NCBI GenBank assembly: GCA_048941015.1
Contig: JBHLNZ010000009.1
Coordinates: 16,169-80,168, forward strand
Source: Promethearchaeota archaeon
GTDB taxonomy: Archaea > Asgardarchaeota > Lokiarchaeia > Sigyniarchaeales > SOKP01
Direction of reading: 5' to 3'
DNA length: 64,000 nt
The notes under the pieces were generated by a model. That model was not told where the DNA came from. It did no database searches and worked only from the letters and a program-made list of their open reading frames with translations. The position numbers and the translations under genes were made by a program. Positions within the stretch are counted from its first letter, which is position 1. Every line of letters begins with the position of its first letter. Shown piece by piece: positions 34,343 through 43,969 of this stretch.

Positions 34343-35362
34343 TTAAATAACTTCTTTCCCACACTTCGGACAGATTCTGGCATCAAAATCTATAAAATTT
34401 CCACAATTCTGGCATTTCACTTTAATACCTGATCTTCTAAAAATAGGTAATCCGCTTGACAAATCATTAAGAAAATCTGACATGGTATCATAATTTACAA
34501 TTAAGTAGTCACCATCAATAACAAAATTAAATCTCTTTGCCCATTCAAATACTTTGTTAGTAAAATCTTCTTCGTCCATACCTAAAGCTATACGCATCAT
34601 ATCTAGTTTTAAACGATTTGAAACCTGGAGCATTGACTTTATTTGATCTATTCGTTCTTTCTCTTGTTTCTTTCTCTCTATCTGCTCTGCTTCTTTATAA
34701 TCTTTTGCTTGATTAATTAGATTATAAAATTTTTCTGTTTTGGATTTATCATTGGAGTATTTTCCTAATTTTTTTTTAACCGTTATATATGAATAATTTT
34801 CATCTTGATAAGTTTGAATCCCCACATTAGGATTGGAATCTTGTATATTATTAATGATTCTCATAATTTCTTTGACTTTTATCTGATGAATAACTCCCTC
34901 TTTGAAAGGTTTAAATGACAAAAAATCTTCAGTTAAAAAAATAATTCCTTTTCCTAGGTTTTTATTTTGAATATCATCGCTTTCCTTCCAACACTTACCA
35001 TTTGCTTCAAATAAAATCATCTTTTCATTTTTGAATGTCAAACGAGTTAACTGTCGAAATAATTCTTTAGTCAATTTTTTTGAGGTAGAATATGATGATT
35101 TCTCTTTTTTATGAGGATAAAAGGTGAAATAAGTTCCTTTTTTATTCATTAGTTCAATTGTTGGTAATTTGAATCTCTTTTGAATATAAAAGTTCTCAAT
35201 ATCAGAGACCAATATCTGAAATAATATTTTATCTTTATCAGATTTAAACAAAAAACCTTTCTCTGTTAATTTTATTTTGCCTCTAGATTTTTTTGAGATT
35301 AATCCCAGATATGTAGGGGTTCCGGTTGCGAAGTTGCCAAAAGATTCAAAAAGGATTACCAT
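34343..35362 (-). CDS. Tandem PH/GRAM-like domains, winged-helix (PCI-like) region and zinc ribbon
   Basis: Two repeats with G(K/I)I(K/F)LTE..F cores; helical region ending FVIDGDYL; CQNC..CPKC. Confidence 0.6.
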   Translation of the reverse strand: MVILFESFGNFATGTPTYLGLISKKSRGKIKLTEKGFLFKSDKDKILFQILVSDIENFYIQKRFKLPTIELMNKKGTYFTFYPHKKEKSSYSTSKKLTKELFRQLTRLTFKNEKMILFEANGKCWKESDDIQNKNLGKGIIFLTEDFLSFKPFKEGVIHQIKVKEIMRIINNIQDSNPNVGIQTYQDENYSYITVKKKLGKYSNDKSKTEKFYNLINQAKDYKEAEQIERKKQEKERIDQIKSMLQVSNRLKLDMMRIALGMDEEDFTNKVFEWAKRFNFVIDGDYLIVNYDTMSDFLNDLSSGLPIFRRSGIKVKCQNCGNFIDFDARICPKCGKEVI

Positions 35363-35422
35363 TTCAAGTTCATAATAATATTATAAGAATTTATAATTTT
35401 ACATTATATTCATAAAAGATAT

Positions 35423-35485
35423 AAAAAAAAATTGGGAAATATCAAGAAAAATAAGAAGCCAAGAATATTTTCCTTGATGTGTTTC
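35423..35485 (-). terminator. Hairpin plus U-tract after the cold-shock gene
   Basis: Imperfect inverted repeat ATATCAAGAAAAATA / TATTTTCCTTGATGT followed on the minus strand by a T run. Confidence 0.5.
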
Positions 35486-35537
35486 TTTTTTTTTTGATGT
35501 TTCCTTTGTTTATTTTAATACTTTGATGTTCTATTCC

Positions 35538-35792
35538 TTAATAGTCTCTTCTTCGAGACTTAAAACTTGGACGAGGGGCTTTCTCAGTAATTGTAAGATT
35601 ACTTGCTTGTGGACCTTTTTGACCTTCTACAATCTCAAATTCCACAACGTCACCTTCAAATAATTTTTTAAATTCATCATCTGGTCCTTGTATAGCAGAG
35701 AAATGAACAAATACGTCTCCAGAGCCATCATCACAAGTTATAAAACCATAGCCTTTGCGGCTATCAAACCACTTTACTGTTCCTTTTACCAT
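35538..35792 (-). CDS. csp: Cold-shock domain protein
   Basis: GTVKWFD, KGYGFI (RNP1), VFVHFS (RNP2), KGPQA. Confidence 0.96.
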   Translation of the reverse strand: MVKGTVKWFDSRKGYGFITCDDGSGDVFVHFSAIQGPDDEFKKLFEGDVVEFEIVEGQKGPQASNLTITEKAPRPSFKSRRRDY

Positions 35793-35946
35793 TAAAAAAA
35801 CCTAATGAACCAATTGAGTACATTATATATATAGTACTCGTCACTCAAACAAAAGCATGGGTTTGTAATAAAATTTAGCATCTAATTAGTATTTTAAAAG
35901 TAAAAAAGTAAAAAATATAAATAACAGCAAATTGAAGTAAAATATC

Positions 35947-36768
35947 ATGTCATATGCAGATGTAAATAATATCAAGTTATATTATGAAATTCATGGAGAA
36001 GGATATCCAATCTTCTTATTACATGGATATGGTGCTACAAATAAGGTTTGGATAGCTCAGGTTGGAGCGTTATCCAAACATTTTAAGGTTATTGTGTACG
36101 ATCAACGAAGTTCTGGTAGATCTGATCATCCTACTACAGAATATACACTTGATACATTAGTAGAGGACTTAAAAGGATTAATGGAATTTTTAAAAATAGA
36201 GAAAACTCATCTTATGGGACAGTCTATGGGGGGATGGGTCTCTCAGAATTTCGCGCTAAAATATCCAGAGAAAGTTAATAAACTTGTGTTAATCGGTACA
36301 AATCATAAAGGAGCAGGACTTTATATACTTAAAAATACCATGATTGACCTTTATGAAGCTGCTAAAACTAATAAAGAAGAAGCATTTTGGAAATATGCTA
36401 AGTTAATGCACCATCGGAGATTCTTGAAAGAAATGAAGGAGGATCCAAAAAAAAAATTTTATGGCTTATGGTCCGCTGAAGATTTGATTGAGGAATTAAC
36501 TGATAATCAAATGACACCTGAAGATTATGAAATGTTCGAAAAAGCAGGTTCTATGCATAATCTTTTAGATCGTTTATCAGAATTGAAACATCCCGCAATA
36601 TTAATTGGTGGTGATAGTGATAAAATGTCTCCAAAGTTAGTTTTAGATGAGATGCATGCTGTATTACCAAATAGTCAAATACATATCATTGAAAAAGCGG
36701 GCCATCATGTGTTTATAGAAGAAGCCCCTACCGTAAACCAACTAATTATCGATTTCTTAAAAAATTAA
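35947..36768 (+). CDS. Alpha/beta hydrolase
   Basis: LLHG, GQSMGG, AGH. Confidence 0.9.
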   Translation: MSYADVNNIKLYYEIHGEGYPIFLLHGYGATNKVWIAQVGALSKHFKVIVYDQRSSGRSDHPTTEYTLDTLVEDLKGLMEFLKIEKTHLMGQSMGGWVSQNFALKYPEKVNKLVLIGTNHKGAGLYILKNTMIDLYEAAKTNKEEAFWKYAKLMHHRRFLKEMKEDPKKKFYGLWSAEDLIEELTDNQMTPEDYEMFEKAGSMHNLLDRLSELKHPAILIGGDSDKMSPKLVLDEMHAVLPNSQIHIIEKAGHHVFIEEAPTVNQLIIDFLKN

Positions 36769-36851
36769 ATGTATTTTTTTTAATACTTTTATTAGTTTTT
36801 CTATGGAATTATAAGGTTAAATAAAGCGTTAAATTTTAAAATAAATTGACT

Positions 36852-37343
36852 TTAAATTCTTTTAAATTTCTTCCGTTCTAAATAAAGCACACGTTTATAA
36901 TCCTGAAAACCATTTTTAAAATAAAATGAATTAGCTTTCTCATTTTTTGAAGCAACATTTAATTCTATTCTATCTAATCCTTGGGAATATACCCATTCAA
37001 TTGATCTATCTAACAATCTGGTTCCAATTCCCCTTCTACGATACGTAGATTTCACAACTAAATCATAAATAGCTCCATATTTCTCATATAAGTATACAGG
37101 AGGGTATAGATCAATTTTAACCAAAACAAATCCGAGTATTTTATCATCTTCTTGTGCTACAAAAATTGTTGCTTCACTGGAATTTAATAATTCCTTTATA
37201 AAAGATTCATAATTTAAATGAGCATCTTCTCGTCTTTTGAAAAACTGATCTAATTGCGTATGATAATCAATCATTTCGGTCCATAATTCAACAATAGCAG
37301 GAATATGAGTCTCTTTTGCTTCAATTATGTTAATAATGATCAA
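36852..37343 (-). CDS. GNAT acetyltransferase
   Basis: YRRRGIGTRL, N..A..FY..GF. Confidence 0.9.
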   Translation of the reverse strand: MIIINIIEAKETHIPAIVELWTEMIDYHTQLDQFFKRREDAHLNYESFIKELLNSSEATIFVAQEDDKILGFVLVKIDLYPPVYLYEKYGAIYDLVVKSTYRRRGIGTRLLDRSIEWVYSQGLDRIELNVASKNEKANSFYFKNGFQDYKRVLYLERKKFKRI

Positions 37344-37457
37344 CTCTGATTTTCAGATTAATAATGAAAATTTAATAGTTATTCTATTAATCATTATTTA
37401 GTTATTTATGCTTTTAGCTCAATATTTAAAAAAATTACTTTAAGGTGCTAAGATGAT

Positions 37458-38003
37458 ATGACAGAATTAAATAAATTAACTGTTTCTCAATTAGAAAAGT
37501 TAGCTAAAGAGTGTTCAGTTAAGTTTAAAAAAAGTGATAAAAAAGCTCTAAAAATTTCTAAAATATTAGATGCTGACATTGAAAAAGATCGCCTTACACA
37601 ATTAATACACAAATACATGAGCAAAAGCAAGGAATCTAAAAAGATTAGTAAAGAAATAATTTCTGAATTAAAGGGAAGGATAAGACTGCTCGAAGAACAA
37701 GTAAAATTTTTAATGTCAAAAATCAGTGTTTCTGAAGTTACAATCGATACGGAAGCTAATAGAGATTTAATAACAATAACCAGTGATTTAGGTGATATCA
37801 AAAAATTCATTAAAGCACTTATACCACCAGGAGAAGTAATAACAATTGATGAACTAATTGAACTAAAAGAAATTCAAAAAATTCCTTTAGTAGCGTTAAA
37901 ACATGCTATATATGATTTAATCGATGAAAAGATCTTTGAAGCAAGAGAGGGAAATTCTCGACACACTATTGGTAAAAGAATAGGAATCCTAATAAGAAAT
38001 TAA
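37458..38003 (+). CDS. Hypothetical nucleic-acid-binding protein (HeH/Rho-N-like, coiled coil, winged-helix-like)
   Basis: LNKLTVSQLEKLAK N-terminus; central heptads. Confidence 0.55.
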   Translation: MTELNKLTVSQLEKLAKECSVKFKKSDKKALKISKILDADIEKDRLTQLIHKYMSKSKESKKISKEIISELKGRIRLLEEQVKFLMSKISVSEVTIDTEANRDLITITSDLGDIKKFIKALIPPGEVITIDELIELKEIQKIPLVALKHAIYDLIDEKIFEAREGNSRHTIGKRIGILIRN

Positions 38004-38022
38004 AAAAATTCAATATTATTTT

Positions 38023-38037
38023 GTGTAATTCTTGCAC
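38023..38037. promoter_or_regulatory. Candidate sulfur-regulon box GTGTAA-N3-TTGCAC
   Basis: GTGTAATTCTTGCAC immediately upstream of a TTTATATA TATA box; 14 of 15 bases identical to 42629-42643. Confidence 0.65.
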
Positions 38038-38087
38038 CTTTTTTTATATAAACGAAAATCATTTCTATTTTGATAATTTTCTAATGA

Positions 38088-38903
38088 ATGGAAAAAATGA
38101 ATTTAACTGAAAATCAAATTAAAAGATATTCACGTCAGATTGTTTTAAAAGAAGTGGGTGGAATAGGTCAAAAAAAGTTAATGAATTCAAAGATAACATT
38201 AATTGGATTAGGTGCCCTCGGTTCTCCTGTTGCTTATTACTTAGCAGCAGCAGGCATAGGAAAATTAAAAGTTATTGATTACGATATTGTCGAGATATCT
38301 AACCTCCATAGACAAATTCTTCATTTTACAAAGGATATCAATAGATTAAAAACTGAGAGTGCTATTGAAAAACTTAATGAGATAAACCCTGATTGTGAAG
38401 TAGTTATAATAAATAAGATGATAAATTCAAATAATTCTAAGCAGGTTTTAAAGGATTCGGATTTTGTAATAGACGGTTCTGATAATATTCCGACTAAAAT
38501 GTTAATTAATGATACTTGTATAAATCTCGAGATACCATTTACAATAGCAGGAGTATTGAGATTTCAAGGGCAAATTATGACAGTAATTCCAAAAGAAAAG
38601 ACAGCTTGTTATAGATGTATTTTTGGTGATGCAACTGATGGTGATAACAGCCTAAGTTGTTCACAAGCAGGGGTAATAGGATTTATTCCAGGGATTTTTG
38701 GGTGTATTGAAGCTAATGAGGCAATAAAATATATTCTCCAAATTGGTGAATTGATTACTAATAAAATATTATATATAGATCTTCTAAAAAATAATTTTGA
38801 TTTTATAAAAGTTTTGAAAGACAAAAATTGTATTGCTTGTGGAGACAATGCTAAAGATTTGGTTGAGATATTAGATTACAGAGGTAATTTGTGTAATGAA
38901 TAA
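38088..38903 (+). CDS. MoeB/ThiF (E1-like) sulfur-carrier adenylyltransferase
   Basis: RYSRQI, GLGALG, SNLHRQ, CYRC, SCSQAG, CIAC. Confidence 0.93.
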   Translation: MEKMNLTENQIKRYSRQIVLKEVGGIGQKKLMNSKITLIGLGALGSPVAYYLAAAGIGKLKVIDYDIVEISNLHRQILHFTKDINRLKTESAIEKLNEINPDCEVVIINKMINSNNSKQVLKDSDFVIDGSDNIPTKMLINDTCINLEIPFTIAGVLRFQGQIMTVIPKEKTACYRCIFGDATDGDNSLSCSQAGVIGFIPGIFGCIEANEAIKYILQIGELITNKILYIDLLKNNFDFIKVLKDKNCIACGDNAKDLVEILDYRGNLCNE

Positions 38904-39153
38904 TCAAATAGATATGGACGATATTTCAATGATAGATATAAGGGGAAAAATGTGTCCAATGACTTTTGTATATACAAAACTAAAATTAGAAGAACTTCAA
39001 CCGGGTTCGATTTTAAAAGTATTACTAGATTTTCCCCCTGCTCTGAAAAATATTCCAGAAAGTTGTAAACGACAAAATTTAGCAGAAGTTATCAAAATTC
39101 GAGAGCTCAACAAGGGTAAGAATGAATGGTTAATAACTTTAAAAAAAATATAG
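38896..39153 (+). CDS. tusA: TusA-family sulfurtransferase
   Basis: IDIRGKMCPM, LKVLLD. Confidence 0.88.
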   Translation: MNNQIDMDDISMIDIRGKMCPMTFVYTKLKLEELQPGSILKVLLDFPPALKNIPESCKRQNLAEVIKIRELNKGKNEWLITLKKI

Positions 39154-40187
39154 AAAGCATTGATTCAGTTGAGCTTAAAAAGGCGAAGAATTTATTAGGT
39201 CTCGGCTTGATCTCGGGAGGTTTAGATAGCCTATTAGCCTGCCTCATCCTAAAACTTCAAAATATAGATATTATTGGATTAAATTTTAAATCCCCTTTCT
39301 GTGTGTGTGATAAGGCATATAAAAGTGCTGAATGTGGTTTGAACCTTTATTATGATAAGTTAGGTATAAACGTTCATTATTTAAAAAAAGAAGATGATTA
39401 TTTAGAACTAGTAAAATCTCCCAAATTTGGGTATGGTAAAAGTTTAAATCCTTGCATTGATTGTCGGATATATATTCTAAAAAGAGCTAAGAAGTATGCA
39501 GAAGAAATTAAAGCTGATTTAATTTTTACCGGAGAAGTTTTAAACCAAAGACCTAAATCTCAGAATAGACAAGCTTTAAAGATCATAGAACGAGAAGCTG
39601 GTCTTGAGGGAAAATTATTAAGACCTTTGTCTGCATTATTATTGGAACCAACAATTTTTGAAAAAAAAGGTGATATTGATAGAACTAAATTATTTGGGAT
39701 AAATGGACGCAGTAGAAAGATCCAAGTTAGTATTGCTCAGAGATATGGATTATTAGATTCATATTATGCCTGCGGGGGATGTTTATTAACAGATAAAGGA
39801 TTTTCTAATAGAATGAAAGACTATATTAAGTATAATATAAAATTGAAAATGGTTGATATATCACTTTTAAAAATTGGACGTCATTTTAGGTTTAATCGAT
39901 CTAAAATTATAGTAGGAAGAAATGAGTTGGAAAATAAGCTCTTACTGCAACTTAAAAATCCAAAGGATTTAATTATGGAAGCTAAAAAAGTGGTAGGACC
40001 AATAACAATTATACAAGGAAGAATCAATCATCAAATAATAAAATTTGCTGCGAAATTAACATTAAGATATTCAGATAGCACAAAAAAATATGGCAAAATT
40101 GTCTATGGAACAACAATCGATTCCTTAAATGAGTCCATTATTGTTAGTCAAATAATGGAAGAGAATTTAAGATCACATATTATATAA
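39126..40187 (+). CDS. PP-loop tRNA sulfurtransferase (ThiI/MnmA-like, Cys-motif type)
   Basis: SGGLDS, NPCIDCR, TGEVLNQRP, GGCLLT, GRHFR, VGRN. Confidence 0.8.
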   Translation: MVNNFKKNIESIDSVELKKAKNLLGLGLISGGLDSLLACLILKLQNIDIIGLNFKSPFCVCDKAYKSAECGLNLYYDKLGINVHYLKKEDDYLELVKSPKFGYGKSLNPCIDCRIYILKRAKKYAEEIKADLIFTGEVLNQRPKSQNRQALKIIEREAGLEGKLLRPLSALLLEPTIFEKKGDIDRTKLFGINGRSRKIQVSIAQRYGLLDSYYACGGCLLTDKGFSNRMKDYIKYNIKLKMVDISLLKIGRHFRFNRSKIIVGRNELENKLLLQLKNPKDLIMEAKKVVGPITIIQGRINHQIIKFAAKLTLRYSDSTKKYGKIVYGTTIDSLNESIIVSQIMEENLRSHII

Positions 40188-40211
40188 TGAAGCGAAGGAC
40201 CAATCTTGTTT

Positions 40212-40757
40212 TCATTTTTTAAATCTCATTACTTTTTTAAGTTTACAATATTTACAGTTACCATCACATCCATCTTCTAAGATAGGTTCAAGAATCTCCG
40301 ATTCAACATCCATTGGTAATACTAGATCTTTAATAATATACGTTACAACATCCATAGACACTTTTTGAACTTGAGAATTATTTCTGAAATGATGATTCAC
40401 AATATTATCGATTTTTTTAATTTTTGTATTAACTATTAAAACGACCATATTATGCTCTCCACTTGTTCTAAAAGCGTTAAGCATAAAAGGACATTGTTCC
40501 ACCATCTTTATAATTTCCGTTGGATTCTTTACATTTAAATATACAATTGCTAATTGAATATCTAAATTCTTAAAATTTAATCCAGCTTGAACCTGTAAAA
40601 TACCCTTATTCTTAAGCTTTTTCAATCTTGCTCCTATAGATGGTTGACTTCTTTTTACAATTTCACCAATTTGAGTATGAGTTAAGTTTGGATCTTCTTG
40701 TAATAGAGAAATTACTCTTAAGTCAATCTTATCTAACTTTAATTTTTTATTAGACAT
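40212..40757 (-). CDS. Lrp/AsnC regulator with Cys-rich tail
   Basis: LDKIDLRVI HTH, RAM domain SGEHN, CDGNCKYC. Confidence 0.88.
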   Translation of the reverse strand: MSNKKLKLDKIDLRVISLLQEDPNLTHTQIGEIVKRSQPSIGARLKKLKNKGILQVQAGLNFKNLDIQLAIVYLNVKNPTEIIKMVEQCPFMLNAFRTSGEHNMVVLIVNTKIKKIDNIVNHHFRNNSQVQKVSMDVVTYIIKDLVLPMDVESEILEPILEDGCDGNCKYCKLKKVMRFKK

Positions 40758-40769
40758 TGTAATATTGAA

Positions 40770-41699
40770 TTATGTTTCAAATAGTTCTGTAGATAAATAT
40801 CTTTCTCCCGTGTCTGGTAAAATTACTACTAAATTATCTCCTTTTTTAAAATCGTTTGAAGCTTTGTAAATTCCAGCCCATGCTGCAGCTCCCGCAGAAA
40901 CTCCAACAAAAATTCCTTCTAATTTAGCTAACTTTCTGGCTGTTTGTACAGCATCATCATATTCGACTTGAATTATTTCGTCATAAATTTCAGTATTTAA
41001 TACTTCAGGTACAAATCCGGCACCAATACCTTGAATTTTATGCGAACCTGGCTCTCCTCCGGACAGTACTGGAGAGTCTTGTGGTTCAACAGCATAGATT
41101 TTCACATGATCCCCAATTCTTTGTTTAAGAATTTCTCCAACCCCCGTTATCGTTCCCCCTGTACCAATCCCCGCTACAAAACCATTTACTTTTCCATCAA
41201 GATCATTGTATATTTCTTCAGCAGTAGTTTTGCGATGAATTTCTGGGTTTGCCTTATTTTTAAACTGTTGAGGAATAAAAATTTTCTTATTCTCTTTAGC
41301 TAATTCTTCAGCCTTCTCAATCGCTCCTTTCATCCCTTTATTAGCAGGAGTTAAGATTAATTCTGCTCCATATGCTTTTAGTATTTTTCTTCTTTCAATT
41401 GACATACTATCTGGCATAGTAAGAATCAATTTATAATTTTTAGCAGCACATACTAAAGCTAAACCTATACCGGTATTTCCTGAGGTGGGTTCAACTATTG
41501 TAGTATCCTTATTAATTAAATTTGCCTTTTCAGCCTCTTCAATCATAGCCATACAAATTCTATCTTTGACACTTGCTCCGGGATTAAAAGCTTCAACTTT
41601 AACAAAGATATTTGGATTAACATCTTTAGTAATTCTATTGAGTCTTACTAAAGGTGTATTTCCTATTGTTTCTATTATATTATTATATACTTTTCCCAT
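40770..41699 (-). CDS. cysK: Cysteine synthase A
   Basis: IGNTPLV, SVKDR (PLP Lys), TSGNTG, GTGGT, HKIQGIG, PDTGERYLST. Confidence 0.97.
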   Translation of the reverse strand: MGKVYNNIIETIGNTPLVRLNRITKDVNPNIFVKVEAFNPGASVKDRICMAMIEEAEKANLINKDTTIVEPTSGNTGIGLALVCAAKNYKLILTMPDSMSIERRKILKAYGAELILTPANKGMKGAIEKAEELAKENKKIFIPQQFKNKANPEIHRKTTAEEIYNDLDGKVNGFVAGIGTGGTITGVGEILKQRIGDHVKIYAVEPQDSPVLSGGEPGSHKIQGIGAGFVPEVLNTEIYDEIIQVEYDDAVQTARKLAKLEGIFVGVSAGAAAWAGIYKASNDFKKGDNLVVILPDTGERYLSTELFET

Positions 41700-41733
41700 T
41701 TATAGATACACTCTTTATTTATTAATAAAATCT

Positions 41734-42567
41734 TTAAATACCTCCACCATCTAATCCATAATAGATTTCTATCTCTTTTTCAGGTTGTTTAATTCTAAGT
41801 TTTTTCTCTAAATTTTCTAACCTAGAATTTATTGTTGAAATTGTAATTGTAATTGGATCAGGAAGATCACCATGAGAAAGATCAATCTTTTTAATTCTTT
41901 CTCCCTCTCGAGCTATAATCTTTCCAGGAACGCCAACTACTACGGAGTTTGGAGGTACATTATTCACAACTACAGAATTCGCCCCAATTCTTACATTATC
42001 TCCGATTTTTATAGGTCCTAATAACTTTGCACCTGTACCAATAACAATATTATTACCCAACGTCGGATGCCTCTTTCCTGGATCTATCATGGTCCCTCCA
42101 AGAACTACCCCTTGATAAATAGTTACATTATCACCGATTTTTGCTGTTTCTCCGATAACAACACCCCCTCCATGGTCAATAAAAAAATCCTTTCCTATTT
42201 CAGCACCAGGATGAATTTCTATTCCAGTTAGTTCTCTAGTAATTTCTGAAAGATATCGTGGGACGAACGGCATATTAATATTCCAAAAAAAATGAGCAAT
42301 ACGATGTAAAAGAATTGCTTTTATTCCAGGATAACTTGTTAAAACTTCTAAAAGAGAACGAGCAGCGGGATCTTTATTAAATGCTGCGCTAACATCAGAT
42401 ATAAAGAAATCCAAAATTTTTTGTAAATTTTGATCTACTTCTTCACGATTTAACTCTTCTAATCGAAAATCTAATTTTAAAATGCATTCTGTGCAAAAAT
42501 TATAATTATTCCGTTCTTTATCGCCTAAAGTCTTACCACAATTTAAGCAGTTTAGAAATTCTTCCAT
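41734..42567 (-). CDS. cysE: Serine O-acetyltransferase with N-terminal CxxC...CxxC extension
   Basis: DPAA, GIEIHPGA, IDHG, KRHP hexapeptide repeats; ends GGGI. Confidence 0.95.
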   Translation of the reverse strand: MEEFLNCLNCGKTLGDKERNNYNFCTECILKLDFRLEELNREEVDQNLQKILDFFISDVSAAFNKDPAARSLLEVLTSYPGIKAILLHRIAHFFWNINMPFVPRYLSEITRELTGIEIHPGAEIGKDFFIDHGGGVVIGETAKIGDNVTIYQGVVLGGTMIDPGKRHPTLGNNIVIGTGAKLLGPIKIGDNVRIGANSVVVNNVPPNSVVVGVPGKIIAREGERIKKIDLSHGDLPDPITITISTINSRLENLEKKLRIKQPEKEIEIYYGLDGGGI

Positions 42568-42628
42568 TTTCTAATTATTTTTCGGTATTTTATTAAGTAA
42601 AAAACTATTTATCGGCATAAAAAATTAA

Positions 42629-42643
42629 GTGTAATTTTTGCAC
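42629..42643. promoter_or_regulatory. Candidate sulfur-regulon box GTGTAA-N3-TTGCAC
   Basis: GTGTAATTTTTGCAC upstream of cysE. Confidence 0.65.
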
Positions 42644-42860
42644 CAATATATTAAATAACTTCTTACTCTTAAGGAAAATAATAAAGGAAATGAACTAAAG
42701 TCATTTTTCTAATTTGCAAAACATTTTTTAAACTAATTCTACTAAATAAAGATTTTGGATTGGGGAGAAAAGATATTATAATTATTATTTTCGATATTAA
42801 TAATTCATAACAATAAAGAATTAATATTTCACAAATTTGTTTTTATTAGAATCATAAAAG

Positions 42861-43547
42861 GTGTTTTTAAAAATTAACATTATTCCGTTTATAACTTCAG
42901 TAATATCCTTTACTTTTGCATTTTTACTCCTTTATCAATTTATTATAAGAAGAAAAATTCATCAATTATTGTGGACTTTAGCTATTTTTTCATACGGAAT
43001 TGCATCATTAATGGAATTTTTAATGAACCCTGATTTGCTTAATTTTAATGGTATTTTATTCAACACTTTTTATTTTAATTCTTCTTTATTAGTAGGACTT
43101 TTAGGTGCAGGTCAACTATATTTAATTACTCAACATAAAATTTCTGCTATATTTTTAGGATTTATAATAACCCTTTCAATAGGATTAATAATTTCTTTGA
43201 GTTTAACTCCCTTCCCAACTGGATTAAGTTTTTTAGGTGAACTTGGTAAAGACATAAGAATAATTTCGGATGCTTATCCATATTCAGTAAGAATTTATGC
43301 AATACTATTAGCATCAGTTGGAGGTACTATGCTACTTTTTGGCTCTTTATACAGTTTCATTAGAGATAGAACAAGATACTATACTCTTTTTTTCGCATTA
43401 GGTGCTTTAATGCCAATGCTTCGGAATATACCATTCGGTTACTTAGGAAATGAATTAATTGGGTTAATATTCTTATTCTTGGGATTCCTTTTAAGCATGT
43501 TTCATCTTAAAAGTCAAAAGATCCAGGAATCCTCAATTCCTTCTTAG
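42861..43547 (+). CDS. Hypothetical 7-TM membrane protein
   Basis: About 7 hydrophobic segments; HQLLW and LGAGQLYL. Confidence 0.7.
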   Translation: MFLKINIIPFITSVISFTFAFLLLYQFIIRRKIHQLLWTLAIFSYGIASLMEFLMNPDLLNFNGILFNTFYFNSSLLVGLLGAGQLYLITQHKISAIFLGFIITLSIGLIISLSLTPFPTGLSFLGELGKDIRIISDAYPYSVRIYAILLASVGGTMLLFGSLYSFIRDRTRYYTLFFALGALMPMLRNIPFGYLGNELIGLIFLFLGFLLSMFHLKSQKIQESSIPS

Positions 43548-43563
43548 AAAAGTTAAAATTCTT

Positions 43564-43851
43564 TTAACCACCAGCTATAGCAGGTAAAAAAGCAATTTCA
43601 TCTCCCTTATGAATCAAAGTCTCTAAACCATGATATGAGCGAAGGTGTTTTCCATTTAATACTAATATTATATATTTATTCAATAGATCTTGAGAAGATA
43701 GGATTTGATTTTTAAAATCCTCCCCATATCTCAAAATTAATTTTCCAATTAAATCTTTAATAGAAGATTCTTCATCAATAGATAACATTAATTCTTCTTC
43801 TTCTGTTAAGTCTGCTAATAATGATAAAAATTTTATTTTTACATCAATCAA
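43564..43851 (-). CDS. MoaD/ThiS/SAMP ubiquitin-like sulfur carrier
   Basis: Beta-grasp pattern LVLNG..GDEIAFLPAIAGG with C-terminal GG. Confidence 0.92.
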   Translation of the reverse strand: MIDVKIKFLSLLADLTEEEELMLSIDEESSIKDLIGKLILRYGEDFKNQILSSQDLLNKYIILVLNGKHLRSYHGLETLIHKGDEIAFLPAIAGG

Positions 43852-43969
43852 ATAGGGAAACTCCTAAAAATCATAATTTCATATGTATAATAGGAATTAA
43901 AGTAATTATTTATTTTGATTATAAAACTTAAATAATTTTAAAATAAATATGGATTTTATATAACTAAAT

